64,000 bases of DNA, taken from NCBI GenBank assembly GCA_964016885.1, contig OZ024751.1, positions 36,332,001 to 36,396,000 on the forward strand, in the 5' to 3' direction. The notes beneath the pieces are model-generated. The model was not told the DNA's origin, did no database searches, and worked only from the letters and a program-made list of their open reading frames with translations. Numbering within the stretch: position 1 is the stretch's first letter; each line of letters starts with the position of its first letter. Shown piece by piece: positions 41,139 through 55,839 of this stretch. The DNA comes from Eledone cirrhosa. Lineage: Eukaryota. The position numbers and the translations under genes were made by a program.

Positions 41139-42449
41139 GAGAGAGGGAGAGATTGTTATATTGGGGGTGGGGGGGGGGCATGTTGCCAACATTACCAAGA
41201 AAATAGACGCATTATTTTGATTTTCTCATCAGCTTTATTTTTAGTTATTTGTTAGTTCGTCAAAGTTCTTTCATCACACATTCTGTGACCTCGTCTATGA
41301 CTATTCGTTTTCTTCTGTGTCGCTTTTTAAAAATCAAAATGAAAATAGCCTGAACAAATTCCAACTAAAATAGCATGGTTCATTAGTGCTACTGCTGTTA
41401 ATCCTAGCATGTTTGTAAATATATGCAAATAAGCATCTCAAAGCGTTTTTTTCATCTCCAACCTATGTTTCTTACACAAAAACCATATAGATATTATTCT
41501 GTTCTCATCTCATTACCGACTGAATAAATTTCACTGATGAAGGATTAAAAGCCAGAAACATTTGCCTGGCATTCTCACTCGCTACTGAAATAGATGTGAT
41601 ATAATCAAATCTTAAAACATTCGTAGTGAGTCTCGCTCATGTTTATTATACATAAACATATTACATATGGTTTTATATACGCCCCTATTATTTGAAATAA
41701 CAACATATTCTGACGATATTCATGTCTAATGTCATCTTTACACCATCGTCATAAAGTTAAACTAACTCTCCAGTCACATCTGTTCATTGTTACCATATTC
41801 ATACGCCAACATCCCTTGAATGACATCCCATCAGGAATATCTTCTCCAATGAGTATATAGCTATCTTTACAATTATACAGACATATGCTATGATATATCA
41901 TACACCATTGTCGTAACTATCGTTAAGATTACATACTATCCAACAAAGATATCTCACTTATGACTCATCACATTTTGAACAACGTCGACCATTTTGTGAA
42001 CATGCCTTTTTTATACGAAACCTCTGTACAGCTGACAACGTAATATTTGGATATGCGTGTGTATGTATATAAATTTAAGTACATATGTACGTGTATATAT
42101 ATGAGTGTATGTGGAGAGGTATTATTAATGTATGTATGCAAATAACTGCTGAATAATGCAATCATTATCATCTCCCCATCCATTTTTGCTTGTGTAGCTT
42201 AACAAGACTTAAAACGGCCATGATGACTACATATTTGCAACATGTCTTGACTTCTAACCAGTCTTGTTTGTCATATCTTTGCCAGAATTAATGTCTTGCT
42301 ATTGAGACAGCGGTAATAATGTTTACATTTATCACTGAACAGAAATATAGAAGAAAAAAGATTTTCCGACTCGTTTAAAGAAAGCAATAACTTTGGTAAT
42401 TTTTAACATATATTTCATGCGTATGAAACGAATACATATATATATACGG

Positions 42450-42519
<70 letters not shown>

Positions 42520-42547
42520 TGTGCATTTGTATATATATATGTGTCTG

Positions 42548-42601
<54 letters not shown>

Positions 42602-42882
42602 TTTACATATATATTCTCACACACATTATAATATACATATATAGACTTCTGAAAATATGTGGCTAAGTATGCTGTGCAATATATATGGATGGGAAGTGTG
42701 TGTGTGTGTGCATGTATGTATGTGTGTGCAAGTGTGTGTGTACAGTCACGCCGGTGTATGCGTGCTTACATGTATTAATAGGTTAGGAGGGAACATTTAA
42801 AAAATGAAGTAGATATGTCAAATCTAACACTAAAATATATATAAAAATTTTAAATAAGGAGTTAATAAAATATGACCGATTC

Positions 42883-43062
<180 letters not shown>

Positions 43063-43216
43063 CATATAGATATATATTTATATATATATATATATTTATA
43101 CATATATATTTATACATATATATATATATATATTTATACATATATATTTATATATTTATACATATATATTATTTATACATATATATATACATACATATAT
43201 ATATATATATATATTT

Positions 43217-43368
<152 letters not shown>

Positions 43369-43369
43369 C

Positions 43370-43417
<48 letters not shown>

Positions 43418-43544
43418 ATATTTGTGTGCGTATACATGTAACTATATGTTACTGTAACAATGAAATATAATAGCAAAATGTTAAGCAGAACAGTAACAAC
43501 GCACACCGACACGCAAAGACACACAGACACATACGCCCACACGC

Positions 43545-43583
<39 letters not shown>

Positions 43584-43722
43584 CACACACACATACACAG
43601 ACACACCGACTCACACAGAGACACACACAGAGACATATTCAGACACACAAACACACTCAGACACACACACACACGCACACACACACGCGCGCACGCACAC
43701 GCACACACACACACACACACAG

Positions 43723-43765
<43 letters not shown>

Positions 43766-44282
43766 TATATATATATACATTTAACTTCATAATACTTAAA
43801 GAGAATATAATTGGTTGAGACAATTCAATAGGAAACAAAACCCAAGAGATAAATTTATGTTTCATTTTTTTAAATTATTTTTTCCAATATTTTTCCTTTT
43901 TTCCTTTCATTTTCTTTTATTATCTTTTATTTTCATTCTAAAAACTATTATTTTCACGTGACACCTCCTTAATACAGTTATTGCTTCTTTCTTTTCTCCT
44001 TTTTGTCTACTTTTCTTTTCATTCGTTTCTTTTTCTTCCAGCTGTTGAAAGAATTATCTCAATGAGTGTGGAAAAACAGTAAACAACGAAATAATGTAGA
44101 TGTATATTTATATTTATTATAAGTGTATATATATATATAATTTATATTTATTATAAGTATATATATATGTGTGGGTGCGTGTTGGTGTGTGTGCATCTGT
44201 GTGTGTGCGTGTATGTGTGTCTAGATGTATGTGTACGTATATAAATAATTATGTAGATACACAAAAGAGATATATCTTTATA

Positions 44283-44327
<45 letters not shown>

Positions 44328-44909
44328 TAATATAAACACACGTATATATAAGTATATATATATATATATGTATAAACACACATACACATACATGTATGTT
44401 CCTGTATATATGTATATATAGGTATATACATACATACATACATATACATACATATATATACATATATACATACATACTTAAGTCATAAAGCTAAAATTTC
44501 TTGCTAAATTTGCAACATTATTTATCGAAGGAAAAATGTCATCTAGTTGAACTTGGCATTAAAATATTGGAATCCTATGAACTGCAAGAGAAAAACTTAA
44601 TGTTACCAGGATAAATAATTGTCTGCTGTACCTTTATTTACAGAGGCATTAAGTATTGGAATTGTCAATGTCTTTACTTTCACTGATTCGTTGGCTTTGT
44701 ACTTTCTTCGATTCTTTTAGCCATTTATTTGTGGCCATCATTAGACTGCTGCCATACTGGGGCATCAGCTTGAAGAGATTTTAGTTGATCATATCCACCG
44801 CAGAAACATAACCTATACTTTTGTTTCAAGCCTTATACAAAATGTATCGAGCTGTTTTTGTGGACTTACTAAGGGGGTTGACAGACGAAGATATGGCTAC
44901 ACAACCATC

Positions 44910-45245
44910 CATGTATAAAACTAAAATCCAAAGAAGGCTCGATAAGGATAAATATATATCAAATATATAAGAACCGTAGAGCAAATATTTATTAAAATAA
45001 CAGATTAAAGTTTAAGCAAAGAATCGCTGCTTTCACCCTTAATGGGATCTTCTGTAACTAAAAAAATCAATTTGTGAACGCAGAAGTAATTTTGTTGTGT
45101 GGTTTTCTTGGTGTCACATTTTATAACTACGGTATTAACTCTGGACTTAATGTTTGTTTTTGACTTTCGCTCCATTGAACCCTTTGTGATTGCGTCAAAC
45201 AAATCAAATAGTTCTTGCTGTACTGCAGGTAAAGTTCGATTTACA
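44910..45245 (-). mobile_element. TA-associated dispersed repeat; shorter copies at 41023-41056 and 62478-62548
   Basis: taaaataacagattaaagtttaagcaaagaatcgctgctttcacccttaa is shared between copies. Confidence 0.7.
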
Positions 45246-45307
<62 letters not shown>

Positions 45308-45394
45308 CCGTCGAAACAGTATATACACATATATATGAAACCAGCTTCTTCAGTTTCCGTCTGAATAATTTCATTCAAAAGGCATCGTTTAAAC

Positions 45395-46066
45395 TAAAGG
45401 TTCTCAACGGGGGGCATATGCACCCCGGGGGCGTTTCGGAACTCCAGGGGGGCGTTTGGGAGCAAGGTCGCGTTAGGGGGGGGGGGGCTGGAAGGCTCTT
45501 TAATTTGGTAAGTTTTATAAGCCATATTTGTATGTCTTTGAGACAGCAAGTGTGAATGCATTTGAATGAGCTTGCAGACAGCATAACTATAGTCTGACCG
45601 CAGGTGTGAGCAGGTGTGCAGACATGTCCGGTAATTGAGACGTTAACCGGTAATTGAGATCATAAAAATGGAAAAACCCACAGTCAACTGGGTCAAAGAT
45701 ACTTTGAGCGCAGCCAGTTAGAATCTTATCTTTCCTTCACTGATAACAATGTATTTCATGTCTGAAATTATTGACTCAACAGTAACAAGTTAACACTATG
45801 TAGATTTATTTTATTCCCTATTGTATAAATAATATTACAAATAAAAAAAAGAAAAGAAAAAACAGAAGCGGGTAGCACCCACATCTAGGTAGCAACACAT
45901 AATCAGATAATACACACATCTTTGGAATATTGTTAATCAATTTTTTAGTAATCTACTGATATAAAAATCAGTAATATATTGAAAAATGGAAAAATAGGGG
46001 TGGGGGCGTTTCGTGATTTCGAGGGACAAAAGGGGGCGTTTGGCCTAAATGTGTTGAGAACCTGTG
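45395..46066. mobile_element. Non-autonomous hAT (Charlie-like) DNA transposon, 672 bp
   Basis: TIRs TAAAGGTTCTCAAC and GTTGAGAACCTGTG, subterminal GGGGGCGTTT repeats, and a perfect 8-bp TSD GTTTAAAC at 45387-45394 and 46067-46074. Confidence 0.9.
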
Positions 46067-46699
46067 GTTTAAACGAAGGTTATTGCAGAAACAATTGTCT
46101 GGTTGGTCAAGCGCTATAACATGTGACAGATCCCTAAACTTTGTAATTGAGGTGCGGATGACTGAACCTTACAACCATGCCAGCGCCTGTATTTACCATA
46201 GTCTATGTTATATATTAGAGATAGCAACCCAATGTAAGGATACTTTCCATATTTATTCCTACTATATTCCTATTTCTGAGGCTCTGAAAATATTACGAAT
46301 GCTGCAAAATGGTTGCAAAATGGTTGCAAACTGACGTTTGGAATTATATTGAGCCTTTTTACCTCCTTCTTCTTCCCACCATCACTCTGTCTCTCTCTCC
46401 CCCTTCTCTCTTTATCTAATCTTCTCTATACCTCACTCTCAACCCTCTTTCTATCCTCCCTATCTGTCTACCCCTCCCTCTTATTACCACCATCACACTC
46501 TTTCTCCCCTTCACTCCCTATCTCATCTTTTCTATACCTCACTCTCGACCCTTTTTCTATTCTCTATATCTTTCTACCCCTCTCTCTTCTTACCACCATC
46601 ATACTCTCTCGCCTTCTCTCTCTATCTTATCTTCTCAATATCTCACTCTCTCCCCTTCTATTCACCTCCATCTTTCTACTTCTCCTTCTTCTTCCCGCC

Positions 46700-47190
46700 A
46701 TCACTCTCTCTCTCTCCTTCTCTCCCTCTCTCTCTCATCTTTTCTATACCTCACTCTCCCCCCTTCTCTTCACCTCCATCTTTCTACCCCTCCCTCTTCT
46801 TACCACCATCACACTCTCTCCCTTTCTCTCTCTCTCTCTCATCTCTTCTATACCTCACTCTCCCCCCTTCTCTTCACCTCCATCTTTCTACCCCTCCCTC
46901 TTCTTACCACCATCACACTCTCTCCCTTTCTCTCTCTCTCTCTCTCATCTCTTCTATACCTCACTCTCCCCCCTTCTCTTCACCTCCATCTTTCTACCCC
47001 TCCCTCTTCTTACCACCATCACACTCTCTCCCTTTTTCTCTCTCTCTCATCTCTTCTATACCTCACTCTCCCCCCTTCTCTTCACCTCCATCTTTCTACC
47101 CCTCCCTCTTCTTACCACCATCACACTCTCTCCCTTTCTCTCTCTCTCTCTCATCTCTTCTATACCTCACTCTCCCCCCTTCTCTTCACC
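46700..47190. repeat. CT-rich minisatellite, ~110-bp unit, with more degenerate units upstream from ~46355
   Basis: ctatacctcactctccccccttctcttcacctccatctttctacccctccc...accaccatcacactc is repeated. Confidence 0.9.
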
Positions 47191-47607
47191 CCCCCCCCCC
47201 TATGTTCTCCACCTTCTGGTATATTTGCCAAACAGCTGGGCTTTTTTTGTTTTAATAGTAATCTTTGTTTAAAGAACTTTTGACGTTAAGTTTTCATTTT
47301 AATTTAACTTTTTCTTTCTTTTAGTTTTCCAACAAAAACCATTTCTCGTACATCAATCATTAGTTGTTAATAGATGTTATCGTTGTTATTATTACTGTTG
47401 TGGTGGTGGTGGTGGCGGTGGCGGTGGTGGTGGTGGCGCTAGTGGTGGTAGCGGTGGTGGCGGTGGTGGTGGTGGTGGCGCTAGTAGTGGTGATGTTATT
47501 GTTGCTGCTGTAGTTACTGCTTGAGAATAGTTTGACATTAGCCGCTTAAATGTAATAATTTTTGGGGAAGGGTTGCTTTACAATTTTATTGCTATTTTTG
47601 TGTGGGA

Positions 47608-47638
<31 letters not shown>

Positions 47639-47640
47639 AA

Positions 47641-47826
47641 TGGTGGATTGGCAGTATCGGTCGAGGGTCGGACGCCATGCTTTGACGTATAGAGTTACAG
47701 CCCTTGCCATTCTGAGTTCAAATCCCGCCGAGGTTAGATTTGCTTTTCATCCTTACGGGGTCGATAAAATAAAGTACCAGTAATACACTGAGTAATTGCT
47801 GGCCTTGTGCCACAAGTAGAAACAAT
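47641..47826 (+). mobile_element. SINE family 1, full length
   Basis: A box, B box and 3' body all match the other family-1 copies. Confidence 0.92.
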
Positions 47827-47896
47827 TATTATTAATATTGTTGCTATCAATAATGTAGAGAAAGAAAATATTATTATCATTATTATTATTAATGTT

Positions 47897-48305
47897 TCAC
47901 TTGAAGAGGAAAATCAGGGTGGAGAGGCAAGTGCTGCTTTCTAGCAAGTTTGTTGAAAGGTGGGTGAATGTAGCGAGAATGGTCCGAGTGAACGGGTCCA
48001 CTCTGAATATACGTCTGTAGTTTGAGAGATGGAAAAATTTGAGAGAGGGCGCTTGCCCTGGTAGTCAGTGTGGCCGTGGTCTTTTGTGTGGTTTTCGCCA
48101 CGAGTAACCCTCGGAGGTTTCCCCCCTATTGGGGAATTTTTCATTGTTTCAATTTTCATTTTATTGTTTATATATATATGTTTTATGTATTTTTTCTTTT
48201 CTTATATACATAATAAAAATATTTACACGCACAAAACCCACATCGTACCGTCCTGTTCCGTCTGTGATGTTTTTCTTGATGTCAGCCCTTGTGGCCAATA
48301 AAGAA
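47897..48305 (+). mobile_element. 5'-truncated L1/Tx1-like LINE with a 21-bp TSD
   Basis: ORF end HLKRKIRVERQVLLSSKFVERWVNVARMVRVNGSTLNIRL*, 3' UTR ending CCAATAAAGAA, and TSD ATCATTATTATTATTAATGTT at 47876-47896 and 48306-48326. The clade assignment is by resemblance only. Confidence 0.8.
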
Positions 48306-48477
48306 ATCATTATTATTATTAATGTTGTTGCTGTTGTTGTTGGTCTGTGACTAGTTCTAAAGAAAATATCGGATTCCTTTAAGAACTGGATCTTAAGGGT
48401 GTGTTTTTTGTATGTGCATGCGTACGTGTCTGTATGCGTGTGCGCGCGCGCGCGTGTGTGTGTGTGTGCGTGTGTTG

Positions 48478-48515
<38 letters not shown>

Positions 48516-49187
48516 ATGTAATCCCGTTGTATATAGATGTGAGGAGTCTTGTATTAGCACTCGGGTGAGGAAAAGGCCTTTCATTTTGAATTGTTTCCTT
48601 TATTGCCGTCAGAATTTTTAAAAGAAAATATTTTAAAATTTGGCATCAATTGAGGTGACAGTCAGAGAAATCTGCCACAATGGAGATAGCAACAATTAAT
48701 TTGCCAAACAAAAGAAAAGAAAAATGTTTTTGAAGCAGAGAAACACATTCTCAAAATAAATCAGGTATTCATACTCCCATACACACAAGATGAAATATTT
48801 TAAAGGGTATTTCTGGTGAGTGACAAACATAGCTAAAACAGTCCCTAACTATGTCCTTGGAGACATGAGGAGAGTCACATTGGCAATTCTCTTAGAGCTC
48901 TTGTAGAAAATAGCCAAAATATTGATATACAGCTGCTGTGTCTAATTCGAAAGCTTCCGTGTGCCAAGGTGGAGAATTGCTTGTGAGAGAGACGTAGTAA
49001 TGTTGTGTTCCTTATTCGTACATAGGCATTCGGCTTTCTTGGTCATAAAAACAAGAAAAATTTGTCCTGCTCGTTTGACGCGGTGAATTGCGAATATATT
49101 AGATATCCTGGTAAAATTGAACATATGGAGAGCAGACTTGGTGATTTAGCAAAACTATTCAAACATTTGTATAAAATCTCATGCATT

Positions 49188-49335
49188 GTGGATTGGCAGT
49201 ATCGGTTACGTCCCTTTACGATCTGAGTTCAAATCCCGCCGAGATTGACTTTGCCTTTCATCCTTACGGGGTCGATAAAATAAAGTACCAGTAATGCACT
49301 GGGATAATTGCTGGCCTTCTGCCAAAAGTAGAAAC
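49188..49335 (+). mobile_element. SINE family 1 with an internal deletion
   Basis: gtggattggcagtatcggtt is joined directly to acgtccctttacgatctgagttcaaatcccgcc. Confidence 0.9.
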
Positions 49336-49678
49336 AATTATTATTATTATTATTATTGTTGCTGCTGCTGTTGTTGTTGTTGTTGTTTTTGTTGTTGTTT
49401 TGTTGTTATTTATCTCAAAGTTCAGCCAACCATTATCATGTTTTCTGTGCTGTATAATTGATATAATATGCACACATATCTCTGTCAGTAACTGTTAATG
49501 GGGCTTTACTTTCTGCACATACATCATGTATATGCACGTGAGTGCTGGGGTGTGTGTATGTGTCTGGGAATATGTATGTGCGTGTGTGTATGTGTGTGGT
49601 GGGGGGAGGGTGTATGTGTATGCCTGTGGATGTGTGTGTCTGTGTATGTATGTGTACATGGCTGCGTGTATGTGTATG

Positions 49679-49737
<59 letters not shown>

Positions 49738-49817
49738 GTGTGCCCCTGTATGCGTGCATGGGAGTCTGAGAGTGTACTGGTGTGTGGATGTCTGTGTGTT
49801 TATGTATTTCTCTCTCA

Positions 49818-49855
<38 letters not shown>

Positions 49856-50199
49856 TTATGTGTGTGTCTGTGGGGGGGTGTAGTTCCACCTAAGCTATTC
49901 AGTACCACCAACGAACAATTTTCTATTACGGCGTTCCCCTTGCTACGGCATTCATTCTTGACATGTATGTTTGTGTATATGTGTGTGTTGTATGTTTCGT
50001 CTGTCGATATGTTTATATATGTGTATGTGTATGTGTGTATACGTATGTATGTTTGTGTATATATGTGCGTGTTGTTTGTTGTTTTCATTTCGTTTTCATT
50101 TTATGTATGTATGGTTAAAAGAACACATGGTTTTTCCTCTATCTACCATCGTGCTCCTTTTCTTTTTAACTCTCGTCTGTCTTTCTTTGTGTTCTCTCC

Positions 50200-50360
50200 C
50201 AAACATCCACTTTTTGCTTTCTTCCTTCCAATGAAGGACTAACGTTCGAAACGTTAAGATGATTTTCCACCTATATCAAGCACTAAACTGATATAACCTC
50301 ATTTCATCGTATTATTCTTCTCAGTTATTTTTCTCCTTCACGTTTCTTGTACCCACACAC
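50200..50360 (+). mobile_element. Microsatellite-associated element, family C, with a decayed minimal HHR (50224-50259)
   Basis: CCTT-CCAATGA-A-GGAC(TAAC)GTTC-GAAA-CG-TT-AAGA then ctatatcaagc, homologous to 61982-62050; a related 3' piece lies at ~1825-1910. Confidence 0.6.
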
Positions 50361-50436
50361 GTGCTCACATTAAAACACGCACATTTATTGACACATACAT
50401 ACACACGCACACACACATACACACACAAGTATATAA

Positions 50437-50502
<66 letters not shown>

Positions 50503-50604
50503 ATGTTTTGTCTGTATATTCATATATATATATATACGCATACATATATATATACGCATATATATAGAGAAGCATACATATATACATATATGTATATATA
50601 TACA

Positions 50605-50723
<119 letters not shown>

Positions 50724-51054
50724 ATTCACACACAAACGCACAAAGAAATATATAAAATTACCGCTCATTTCCGTTTTTCCCTCCACTAAACACTACTATT
50801 TCATCGGAACATCTGGATTTGTGATAACATTCTCCACGTCTTCGTAAGAAAGATATTTAGTCTATATTTTAAGCTCTACCAACCACACTTTATTTACGTT
50901 GTTCATGTTGACATTTCTATATCTACTGCTATTTTAAGCCTACCCAGCTACTTAGGATTATCTAGCTGTCTGCGTGTGTCTTTTGGGGGAAAATAAGGGT
51001 GCGCTTGTAGAGGAAATGTGTGCGTTTTTTGTGGGAATTTTTTTAATGTTTTGT

Positions 51055-51525
51055 GTTTGTGGGCGAAATATATGTTTGGGTTTGTGGGAGAAATATATGT
51101 TTGGGTTTGTGGGGGAAATATATGTTTGGGTTTGTGGGCGAAATATATGTTTGGGTTTGTGGGGGAAATATATGTTTGGGTTTGTGGGCGAAATATATGT
51201 TTGGGTTTGTGGGGGAAATATATGTTTGGGTTTGTGGGCGAAATATATGTGTGGGTTTGTGGGGGAAATATATGTGTTGGTTTGAGGGGGAAAATATATG
51301 TGTGGGTTTGAGGGGGAAATATATGTGTGGGTTTGAGGGGGAAATATATGTGTGGGTTTGTGGGCGAAATATGTTTGGGTTTGAGGAGGAAATATATGTG
51401 TGGGTTTGACGGGTAAATATATGTTAGGGTTTGACGGGTAAATATATGTGTGGGTTTGTAGGGAACGTATATGTGTGGGTTTGTAGGGAACGTATATGTG
51501 TGGGTTTGTAGGGAACGTATATGTA
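51055..51525. repeat. Minisatellite, ~29-bp unit GGGTTTGTGGGSGAAATATATGTTT
   Basis: Directly visible. Confidence 0.93.
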
Positions 51526-51879
51526 TATGTGAGAAAATATGTGTGTTTGTAGTAAAATATCTATGGATTTGTGAAGAAATATCCTGTTCCAATCTAGAAG
51601 AAAACGGAGTGTGCAAAATTTCAGCTCAATTGGACAACTGTTAGGCGACCCTCAAACGCCTTGAAGTTGGAACATAGTATCCTTGTGAAGCTAAACTCCG
51701 CCAGTTACAGACTGTGCATCAACATGTGATATCTCTCTCCTCAAAGTTCGATCTCCAACAGCAGAGTTCAAAGAGCAAAGATCAAGGCCAGTCCATAAGT
51801 TGACATTGTCAACCCATTGTTTTGGCTGCCCGGCCTCTGCTTCTCTTACCAGTCAACCTTCCTTCCAGGCATAACCTAC

Positions 51880-52100
51880 TCACTCCTTGCTCTCCTTGCT
51901 CCCCTTTTCTCATTGCTCTCCTTGCTCCCTTTTTCTCATTGCTCTCCTTGCTCCCCTTTTCTCATTGCTCTCCTTGCTCTCTTTTTCTCATTGCTCTCCT
52001 TGCTCTCCTTGCTCCCCTTTTCTCATTGCTCTCCTTGCTCTCCTTTTCTCATTGCTCTCCTTGCTCTCCTCTCTCCTTATTCTCCTTTTCTCCTTACTCT
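51880..52100. repeat. Minisatellite, ~27-bp unit TTGCTCTCCTTGCTCCCCTTTTCTCA
   Basis: Directly visible. Confidence 0.9.
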
Positions 52101-52912
52101 ACCTTTCTCCTTGTATCTATGTACTTGTTTATATACAAATAAAATAAGAAAAGGAGAGCAAGGAGAAATATAAAAGCAAGGACAGTAAGGAGAGTATATA
52201 TCATATCATATATATATATATCATATATCATATATATATGTATATATGTATATATATTGATTACCTATTGCTAAGGGCCACCCTAATATACATATATCTG
52301 TATGTGGTGGACAACTGAGAGAAATGAGTACTCGAAATTGAGTTATATATATATATCTGGTTGAGTGCTTAATTCGGTTTGTCTAAGGGAATTTCATTCC
52401 TTTGTCTCAAATTTCGAATTCACCGCCAAAACGGGGGTTACTTCCCTTGGAGAAAACCACGTGTCTATAGCGAAATTTACTGCTAAAACATACCCACAGA
52501 GGCTAAAGAACATAAGACTTGTTGAAGAAGTAAATCCTTTGTTCTGTCGTCAAAGACCATTAACTTGCAGACCCCTGCAAGCGGAATTTGTCGATCTTGG
52601 ATTTGCAGAAACCTAGCGCTGATGCTGTGTGCTGTATGTGATGTATATCGTATGCTATACGATATGCATTATATGTTGCATTCGATCCTAGCGTTTTGTC
52701 CAGGTCAGTCTAAAATCTTTTCCTGAATCCAACCATTCTCGTTGCTGTGGTAATGCGGCTGGACTGCCGATCGCTATATTTGATTTGCTAAGCTGTCTAA
52801 ACGTATTGTTATTACTCTGGAGTACTATTCCCATTCGAGTGCTAAAACTACATACCGAATTTGCATTTGTTAGCTTGGCCGCAAACTAAGGTTTCGTTAA
52901 TGTACTAAAATT

Positions 52913-52975
<63 letters not shown>

Positions 52976-53180
52976 TGTGCGTGTGAGTGAATGAGTAGAA
53001 CATGTATAAGAATACTACCCAACATTCAAGATACATAAATATTTTCTGGCTTGTATTTGTGATGTTTGGATACATTAATCTAGGAAGAATGTCTTCCTTT
53101 CCAAGGTATGGACGTAAACAACACCTTCACATACATATATATGTATAAATAAATATGTATATACATATATCCATATATAC

Positions 53181-53214
<34 letters not shown>

Positions 53215-53315
53215 TTCGGTATGTATGTATACATATATATATATTAATGTACATATATATATATATATATACACATATATATACATATATATATATACAT
53301 ATACAAATATATATA

Positions 53316-53365
<50 letters not shown>

Positions 53366-53483
53366 TATATGTATATATATATATGTGTGTATATATATAT
53401 ACATATATGTGTGTGTGTGTGTGTGTATACACAGATACACATAACAGGAATATTATGTGTGTATATGATCGCTGCTTGTTTAT

Positions 53484-53563
<80 letters not shown>

Positions 53564-53911
53564 GTATATAAACAAGCAGTGATCATATATACATACATAC
53601 ATACATACATACATACATACATAATTATACCTATATATATTATATATTATAAAGAAATGGAGTGTATAAGAGCGGAGTGAGTGGGTGTAGAGATTTGTGT
53701 GTGTCTGACAATAGCTTTTGACAGACAACGTATGGTGCCAGTTCTGGGAAGGCAGCTATAATTTTCTAATGATTCCTGCCTTGAAAAAATCCAAGACGCG
53801 TTTAAAGTTGCGCCAAGAACATATTAGTGATCGTGCGTGATGTTTTTATCAAAATACCCAGAATCTGGAAACATCTCCATCTTCTCTCATGCCATTTTCT
53901 ATCTATGTGCT

Positions 53912-53945
<34 letters not shown>

Positions 53946-54040
53946 TGTATGTATGTATGTATGTATGTATGTATGTATGTATGTGTGTATATATGAATGT
54001 ATTTTATGTACTCTAATGTACGTATGTATATATATATATG

Positions 54041-54074
<34 letters not shown>

Positions 54075-54342
54075 TGTATGTATGTATGTATGTATGTATG
54101 TATGTATGTATGTATGTATGTATCTATGTATGTATGTATGTATGTATGTATGTATACGAATGTATAATATATACGTATGTATATATGTATATATATATAT
54201 ATACGAATGTATAATATTCCTGTTATGTGTATCTGTATTGTTTACTTTACTTTTGTTGCTGGCTTTCTAAGATTGTATTGTCTAAACAAACCGTCTGACC
54301 CAGAAATACATAAGAAAGAGCGATATATATACATATATATAT

Positions 54343-54391
<49 letters not shown>

Positions 54392-54394
54392 TAT

Positions 54395-54502
<108 letters not shown>

Positions 54503-54593
54503 ACATCTATATGTATATATATATATGTATATATTTTTATACATATATATATGTGCCTGTGCGTATATATATATATATATATATATAAATATA

Positions 54594-54634
<41 letters not shown>

Positions 54635-54890
54635 GCGAGAGTGAGAGAGGGGTGGGGAGAGAGGGGATATGTTATTAAGAATAATATAAATCTTAAATGA
54701 AAGGGCTATATTCAAATCTAACGAAGAATGTTAATAAGATTTCTGACAGATATTAATGGCTATTGAACACTTTCCAATATGGAGATATGTTTATGCCTGG
54801 CATGAATGATCTCACTCACACATACATACAGACACAGACACTCACACACATACACGTACACTCATACATACACACACACGCAAATATACC

Positions 54891-54937
<47 letters not shown>

Positions 54938-55070
54938 ATGTGCGTGTGTGTAATTGCATGCGTGTGTATGTACATTTATATTCTTACTTATACGTACTTG
55001 TTGGCTGACTTAACACCAGCGTTCTCACACAGACGCACACGCACACATACAAAAGTACACTTAACACCCA

Positions 55071-55149
<79 letters not shown>

Positions 55150-55362
55150 TAAAGAGTTAAACAAGATTCAATGAGTACATCAAAGAATGAGTTTTACAGT
55201 AGATTGGAAGCACTCTACAGTTAAAAAAAATGTCCAGAGTTATTAATATTAAAATACAAATATTAATAAAATAGATGTTCTTTTGATCAATTAAATTTTA
55301 TTATACATATATATATATATACGATATTAAATAAATGGAAACTATATTTATAAAACCATATT

Positions 55363-55427
55363 TATTTCATTATACATATTTCAGGGATACCAAATTAAAA
55401 TATGGTATGCCTTCATCAGACAAAATA
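55363..55427 (-). ncRNA. Type I hammerhead ribozyme (inverted-arm copy)
   Basis: Reverse complement of 55563-55627. Confidence 0.75.
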
Positions 55428-55562
55428 CAATATATAAACAGTTTTATAAATAATTTTGACGTACCCTATTAGATGCAACCATTATTTTTGGAAGCTGTCT
55501 GGATATAATGGTTGCATCTAATAGGGTACGTCAAAATTATCTATAAAACTGTTTATATATTG

Positions 55563-55627
55563 TATTTTGTCTGATGAAGGCATACCATATTTTAATTTGG
55601 TATCCCTGAAATATGTATAATGAAATA
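55563..55627 (+). ncRNA. Type I hammerhead ribozyme
   Basis: TATTTTGT-CTGATGA-AGG(C)ATACCA(10 nt)TGGTAT(C)CCT-GAAA-TATGTA-TA-ATGAAATA. Core is canonical, stem I is 8 bp with two G-U pairs; predicted cut after 55619. Confidence 0.8.
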
Positions 55628-55757
55628 AATATGGTTTTATAAATATAGTTTCCATTTATTTAATATCGTATATCTACTCCAAAAACTTGTCGAGTGCTTT
55701 ATATCAGTTATAAAATATTTACTTGTTGTATCCCAACAATTTAAATAGAACTTTTGC

Positions 55758-55839
<82 letters not shown>

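Larger units (their letters stand above)
55317..55758 (+). mobile_element. TA-embedded fold-back element with an HHR on each strand
   Basis: 169-bp arms at 55317-55485 and 55505-55673 (one mismatch seen), a 19-nt loop, and a unique 3' tail that recurs alone at 60470-60552. Confidence 0.88.

Noticed and set aside
41534-41570. CTGATGA-AGGATTAAAAGCCA-GAAA hammerhead-like motif
   Set aside because: The core is exact, but stem II is only 2 bp and I could not form stems I and III or a UH site; at best a decayed relic.
45021-45058. CAGAAGA-TCCC...GGGT-GAAA motif on the minus strand (also 62506-62545)
   Set aside because: Both copies have A at core position 4 and no UH site or stem I, so it is not supported as an HHR.
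45060-45245. Possible PLE GIY-YIG remnant (SNFTC..SKN-like peptide on the minus strand)
   Set aside because: It needs frameshifts and lacks the catalytic motifs; too weak without a tBLASTn or HMM search.
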